DNA from: Aplysia californica
Taxonomy: Eukaryota
Length of the DNA stretch: 64,000 nt
Direction of reading: 5' to 3'
Assembly (NCBI RefSeq): GCF_000002075.1
Contig: NW_004797574.1
Location: 571,329 to 635,328, forward strand
Positions 61,401 through 64,000 of this stretch are shown here, one piece after another (positions within the stretch are counted from its first letter, which is position 1; each line of letters starts with the position of its first letter). Both the position numbers and the translations under genes were made by a program. A model generated the notes under the pieces. It saw nothing but the letters and a program-made list of their open reading frames with translations, did not search any database and was not told the DNA's origin.

Positions 61401-62929
61401 TTTACGACACTTGCAACACAACAAGGTCATATAAGTGCTGAAGAATAGATGTGTTACAAGAGAGTAACGTACACAAAAAAGGAGAGATAAGGACGATAGA
61501 TGTCTGATAGGGAAGAAGGACAAACCACACCAGAGCACCCGCCAACCACCTACAGTAAGGTTTTACGGTGCTCGCAACTGCATAAGGTCATATGAGCGCC
61601 AAGGGGTGGATGTAAACAGGGAAGTCCAAATGCGGAATCAGGCTTACTCTGCTCACCTCTCTAGCACAAAGTCTGCTTCGACTATCAAAGCACCCCGGAA
61701 ATAGCAGTTCGCAAGATAGTGACAAACATACAAAAGAAGTAGAGGAAAATGACGATAGTAAGGATGAGGAAAGAAAAAGCAGCGGTGCCCCTGTACGTGA
61801 CATAGACTGACTGTTTTTCTCCCTTATAAGGCAGGAGGGTGGGGATGAAACTGACTGGACACTTCACAGGCCTTTTGTCCTGGTTGTGTCCCACTACACA
61901 CTATGTTGCTGCCACAGCTCATTGTGTCAGTCAATCTCAGACTGTGGTTTTGGGGGGTTTTTTTTGTCGTAATTCTCTCATTGGCTTACGGCTGTGTCAC
62001 CCACAACCCAAAGTACAGGAATTTTTTAATACCTTGTCAAACTAATGTTTGTCTTACTCCTGGCTCTAGCACAAGTAGTAATGTTTTTCTAAGGGTAAAC
62101 GGGCACTGAGCGACTGTAGGAGCGGTACTTAACGTAGACTGCCACAGTCTGGCTGTTTTTCTCCCTTATAAGCCAGGAGGAAAAAAATTGGCATAGCAAA
62201 AACAAAAAACAACAATAAACACCCCCGGCCCCCAAAGGTCGGGGTGACATATTCATCCTGTGTCATCACTTACTCATCTTCAGTGAGAGGTTTGAATTCT
62301 GCTGGGTCCTCTGGATATTGCTTCCTACAAGCTGGGCATAAACCATTCTCATCTGTGCGAATTCTATGCCAGCAAAACCGGCAAATCTGAAGAGTAATAA
62401 ATATTACAGGTTATCAAGGCGTTAAACTGGAAATTTTTAAACCCAATTTTGGGCTCCCCACAACGTTCTCGAGAAACACACTCCATATTACACCTCTCCA
62501 ATGTACTACTGACAAATTAAAGTGACATACTAGCCTAAACACATGAGTCCTCGGCAGTAAAAAGTTTATTAAAATCTAAAATTCTAAAGAAGACTGTGTA
62601 ACGTCTTTACCACAGACAGTTTGGATCGATAAAAACAATTTGTCAAAATACAGAATCTCTCACCAAAGAAAGAAATAAAGAGGAAATACCACTGCACTTA
62701 TATCTCATATTACGGGAAAGGCATAATTCACGGTTGCATAGAGTACACTAAACATAGCAAACCAAACAATTTTTTCAATGCCTCAAGGCCTATCGCCCAT
62801 TATCAGCCATATTGGGAAGGAGAGTGGCCTCAATGTATGGATGAACAGCATCCAACTTACTTGATATCCGCAGGTGCAAGGGAAAAAACTGTGATCATCG
62901 ATCTCAAGTGCTTCCATGCACAAAGGACA
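43210..62929 (-). CDS. CNOT4: CCR4-NOT transcription complex subunit 4 (RING E3 ubiquitin ligase), spliced gene span, 5'-partial; 18 coding exons, about 901 aa visible
   Basis: Exons (high to low): 62929-62861, 62386-62274, 60692-60603, 59963-59816, 59064-58900, 58501-58434, 57761-57672, 56447-56195, 55734-55592, 54442-54145, 53636-53438, 52834-52712, 52065-51772, 50509-50379, 46574-46358, 45194-45114, 44131-43919, 43220-43210. All introns are GT-AG and the frame is continuous. Domains: C4C4 RING, coiled coil, RRM, C3H1 finger, CAF40-binding motif. Confidence 0.96.
43779..43795 (-). CDS. CNOT4: CNOT4 candidate proximal terminal exon (GLQTV*)
   Basis: aaaaacag|GCTTGCAGACAGTCTAG in phase 1; weak pyrimidine tract. 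Confidence 0.4.
43919..44131 (-). CDS. CNOT4: CNOT4 exon (GLFPETAPHWLKSLQQLTESDG...RNPPPGFR...QMAE)
   Basis: ctctccccag| ... G|gtgagt; PHWLKSLQxLTE motif. Confidence 0.92.
45114..45194 (-). CDS. CNOT4: CNOT4 exon (WPLSSSPDSPWNDPAILTTSQFSDPA)
   Basis: cctctgccag| ... G|gtatgc; WxDPAI motif. Confidence 0.9.
45216..45730. repeat. 49-bp minisatellite, about 10 copies
   Basis: Unit CATTGTCATGTCCTCCTCTCTTTCCTACACATCCCTATCCCAACACTAA in tandem. Confidence 0.95.
46358..46574 (-). CDS. CNOT4: CNOT4 exon (RELYNMKDMQEQLRSMLPNINISFG, Q19 tract)
   Basis: cttcctccag| ... A|gtaagt; LRxxLPNINIxFG conserved motif. Confidence 0.92.
46431..46487 (-). repeat. Coding CAA/CAG repeat (Q19) in CNOT4
   Basis: CAA(CAG)5(CAA)12CAG. 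Confidence 0.92.
47247..48835 (+). pseudogene. Decayed piggyBac (DDE_Tnp_1_7-type) transposase, apparently 3 exons: 47247-47386, 47841-47991, 48285-~48835
   Basis: Acidic N-terminus, FFKLFF..EMVNQIC..SNEYA, YWST, DKLRKVR, SIDERMV..KGR..FRQYIK, KWGMKL..VADS.NGY.YNYEVYTGK. Contains a premature stop and frameshifts; the C-terminal half is missing. Confidence 0.88.
48955..49345 (-). repeat. Family B retroposon copy nested inside the piggyBac element
   Basis: High similarity to 50700-51080; lies between the piggyBac TIRs. Confidence 0.85.
50379..50509 (-). CDS. CNOT4: CNOT4 exon (EIGSSKMLELLPQFAP...HAQQQQQQ); tandem CAGCAG acceptor, so start is 50509 or 50506
   Basis: ttctttccag|cag| ... CAG|gtcagt. 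Confidence 0.85.
50700..51080 (-). repeat. Short retroposon family B (~380 bp)
   Basis: Closely similar copy at 48955-49345; partial copies at 57140-57325, 61555-61790 and 40415-40450. 3' end GGCGCTCATATGACC..GCAGTTGCGAGCGCCGTAAA. Confidence 0.85.
51455..51575 (-). mobile_element. RTE-like 3' end
   Basis: Reverse-complement match to 1180-1295, including the GATGAT tail. Confidence 0.6.
51772..52065 (-). CDS. CNOT4: CNOT4 exon (FDPCAESFKGLADLIEKE...RNLPPGF...HFFRP)
   Basis: tttcctcag| ... G|gtgagt; helical half of the CAF40-binding motif. Confidence 0.94.
52712..52834 (-). CDS. CNOT4: CNOT4 exon (MPNVSLP...SLPVSSSTDWSAAFGFKSKDLPPDDDLG)
   Basis: cttctgcag| ... G|gtcagt; DWxAAFGF...DDLG conserved in metazoan NOT4. 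Confidence 0.94.
   Translation of the reverse strand, partial: KCQMFRCQIQRWRTPCRCPPAQTGPLPLGLKAKTCLQMMI
53438..53636 (-). CDS. CNOT4: CNOT4 exon (SSLLQHPHQSGDPVLCGMVGAIGSNRR...SASSQ)
   Basis: ttcccccacag| ... G|gtttgt. Confidence 0.85.
54145..54442 (-). CDS. CNOT4: CNOT4 exon, Ser/Pro-rich (SNNPPGGSNSS...LGIQGQ)
   Basis: tttccccag| ... CAG|gtgagt. Confidence 0.88.
54909..55186. mobile_element. MITE
   Basis: Inverted termini CGTAAGCTGACAAAA / TTTTGTCAGCTTACG. Confidence 0.65.
55592..55734 (-). CDS. CNOT4: CNOT4 exon, disordered region (SSNGKSQHRTGTPPEMGG...EENHIH)
   Basis: tccttccag| ... AG|gtgagg. Confidence 0.86.
56195..56447 (-). CDS. CNOT4: CNOT4 exon, disordered region (KKSTSPQSIENS...SSCRAQ)
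   Basis: ttacttgcag| ... CAG|gtaggt; GC-rich and in frame. Confidence 0.88.
56590..56880 (-). mobile_element. LINE (I/Nimb-like) ORF2 C-terminus
   Basis: IFRARTGH...CRHCEYHEDTVEHLLLHCP (CCHC knuckle) followed by a stop. Confidence 0.85.
57672..57761 (-). CDS. CNOT4: CNOT4 exon (KHQEYEQMLIEQFLNAQNSANNHVTAHTK)
   Basis: tttcctcag| ... TT|gtaagt. Confidence 0.94.
58434..58501 (-). CDS. CNOT4: CNOT4 exon (DCMYLHELGEEAASFTKDEMQAG)
   Basis: tttccccag| ... GG|gtaagc. Confidence 0.96.
58900..59064 (-). CDS. CNOT4: CNOT4 exon, RRM part 2 and start of C3H1 finger (GPSASAYVTY...SLGTTKYCSHFLKGSHCQKN)
   Basis: ttcccccag| ... AAT|gtaagt. Confidence 0.97.
59816..59963 (-). CDS. CNOT4: CNOT4 exon, RRM part 1 (VVQRNLVFVVGLSPRLADPEVLKKHEYFGKFGKIHKVVINQSTSYAGSQ)
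   Basis: cttaccag| ... CAG|gtgtgt. Confidence 0.97.
60603..60692 (-). CDS. CNOT4: CNOT4 exon, coiled coil (LQNIKKERKQKDVQRKQKAAENRKHLANVR)
   Basis: ggcaacag| ... AG|gtaaat. Confidence 0.95.
62274..62386 (-). CDS. CNOT4: CNOT4 exon, RING second half (ICRFCWHRIRTDENGLCPACRKQYPEDPAEFKPLTED)
   Basis: tcttcag| ... GA|gtaagt. Confidence 0.97.
62861..62929 (-). CDS. CNOT4: CNOT4 exon, RING first half (CPLCMEALEIDDHSFFPCTCGYQ)
   Basis: ttgttttcag| ... CAA|gtaagt. Confidence 0.96.
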
Positions 62930-63215
62930 CTGAAAACAAACAAAAAACCCAAAAAATATTTGTATGAAAGCTGAAAGTTTTTTTCTTCACAAATACGCTA
63001 TGAAAACACAATTAGCATATAATATATAGAGAGAGAGCAAGGCGACAAGTCAAAGTAGAATAAAAACAAATATTGTATCACCAAAATGACAACAAATTAA
63101 AGTCATTTCTTTTCACAAGAAAATCTATAATTTAAAAAAAGCCTCAAGACAAGAACAAGTATAGAACGAATAGAAGGAAGATGAATAAGCAGCATACCAC
63201 CACAATACAACACTA

Positions 63216-64000
63216 CAGTGGAACTCGGATTTATCGAGCTCGGATTCAACGAGATGAGATAGATTCCCCGGTTTTTTTCTTCTTTAAAGTCAATAAAAAT
63301 AACCTGGATTCAACGAGCACTTAAATCTGCGAGCTCGCTTCCAGGGTGAACTGCCCCCGCAGACGTGGCTTAGCTCATTTTTCTCCCAGAACGAACTTTA
63401 TCTATTCCCGGAAACCATCCATTGCAACTGCATCGTGAACCATTATTCGCTTAGCCGATTGCATGCGACCAATCAGCTGCCTGTTTTTTCATACGAACAC
63501 ATGCGTTGTTGGCTCGCGCACGCGTCTACTCTGGCGTGTGTCGGAGTCGGATGGGCGGCCTGCACACATGTGACTGTGTGTGTGTCTCGGGGAGGTAGGG
63601 GGGCGCACTAGCGATCCGGGCATTGAACGTTGCAGATACAAACGCGTCAGTCTTTTCCCCCCCTTGGCAACTGATCATTATTACAATGATAAACTAGTCT
63701 TGACGTAGATCTTCGTAATGAATTGTGTGCTTGTCTATGAAATCAAAAGTTGCTGTTATGTTAGGATCTACACAGCAACACATCTTTGTGGTAAACAATC
63801 GAGATGACACAGGAATGCATTTGAACGAGTCAGTCTCTTTCTTTTACACAACTCATAATATTCTGGCATTTCAGGCACTATTTGTGACTTCTCTTTATAT
63901 ATTACTTGCTCAGTGCCTGTAATTATCTACACAAAACCTCATGTTTGCTATAACGAACACTCGGATTCAACGAGATTTTAGGTTTAGGCCCAGCGACCCC
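63216..64000. mobile_element. Tc1/pogo-type MITE truncated by the window edge
   Basis: TA|CAGTGGAACTCGGATT start; CTCGGATTCAACGAG motif recurs near 63240 and 63960. Confidence 0.65.

Noticed and set aside
62930-64000. CNOT4 start-codon exon
   Set aside because: No suitable ATG exon with a phase-0 donor was found; the region is mostly a MITE, so the start lies outside the window.

Overview
Intron-rich, repeat-rich animal genomic DNA, probably a lophotrochozoan or mollusc (inferred from repeat content and gene architecture, not proven). The ORF track is mostly spurious because the genes are spliced, so I rebuilt them exon by exon from splice signals and reading frame. There are two convergent genes. 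(1) A complete nucleosome assembly protein 1-like gene (NAP1L1/4 family) on +, from ATG 13245 to stop 35689. It has 15 core coding exons (397 aa, ending in the CaaX-type CKQQ), a candidate 15-nt microexon and candidate alternative C-termini. (2) CNOT4 (CCR4-NOT RING E3 ligase) on -, with 18 coding exons from 62929 down to 43210 (about 901 aa visible, first exon beyond the window) and two candidate terminal exons. The rest is mobile-element debris: a TTAA-flanked piggyBac whose decayed transposase appears to contain two spliceosomal introns, several MITEs with clean TIRs, Nimb/I-clade and RTE-like LINE fragments, three short retroposon families strongly co-oriented with host transcription, a 49-bp minisatellite and an assembly gap (1341-1858). 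I found no rRNA, tRNA or CRISPR array, and no confirmed novel system. The best leads are alternative splicing of the NAP1L acidic tail and the retroposon orientation and chaining pattern.
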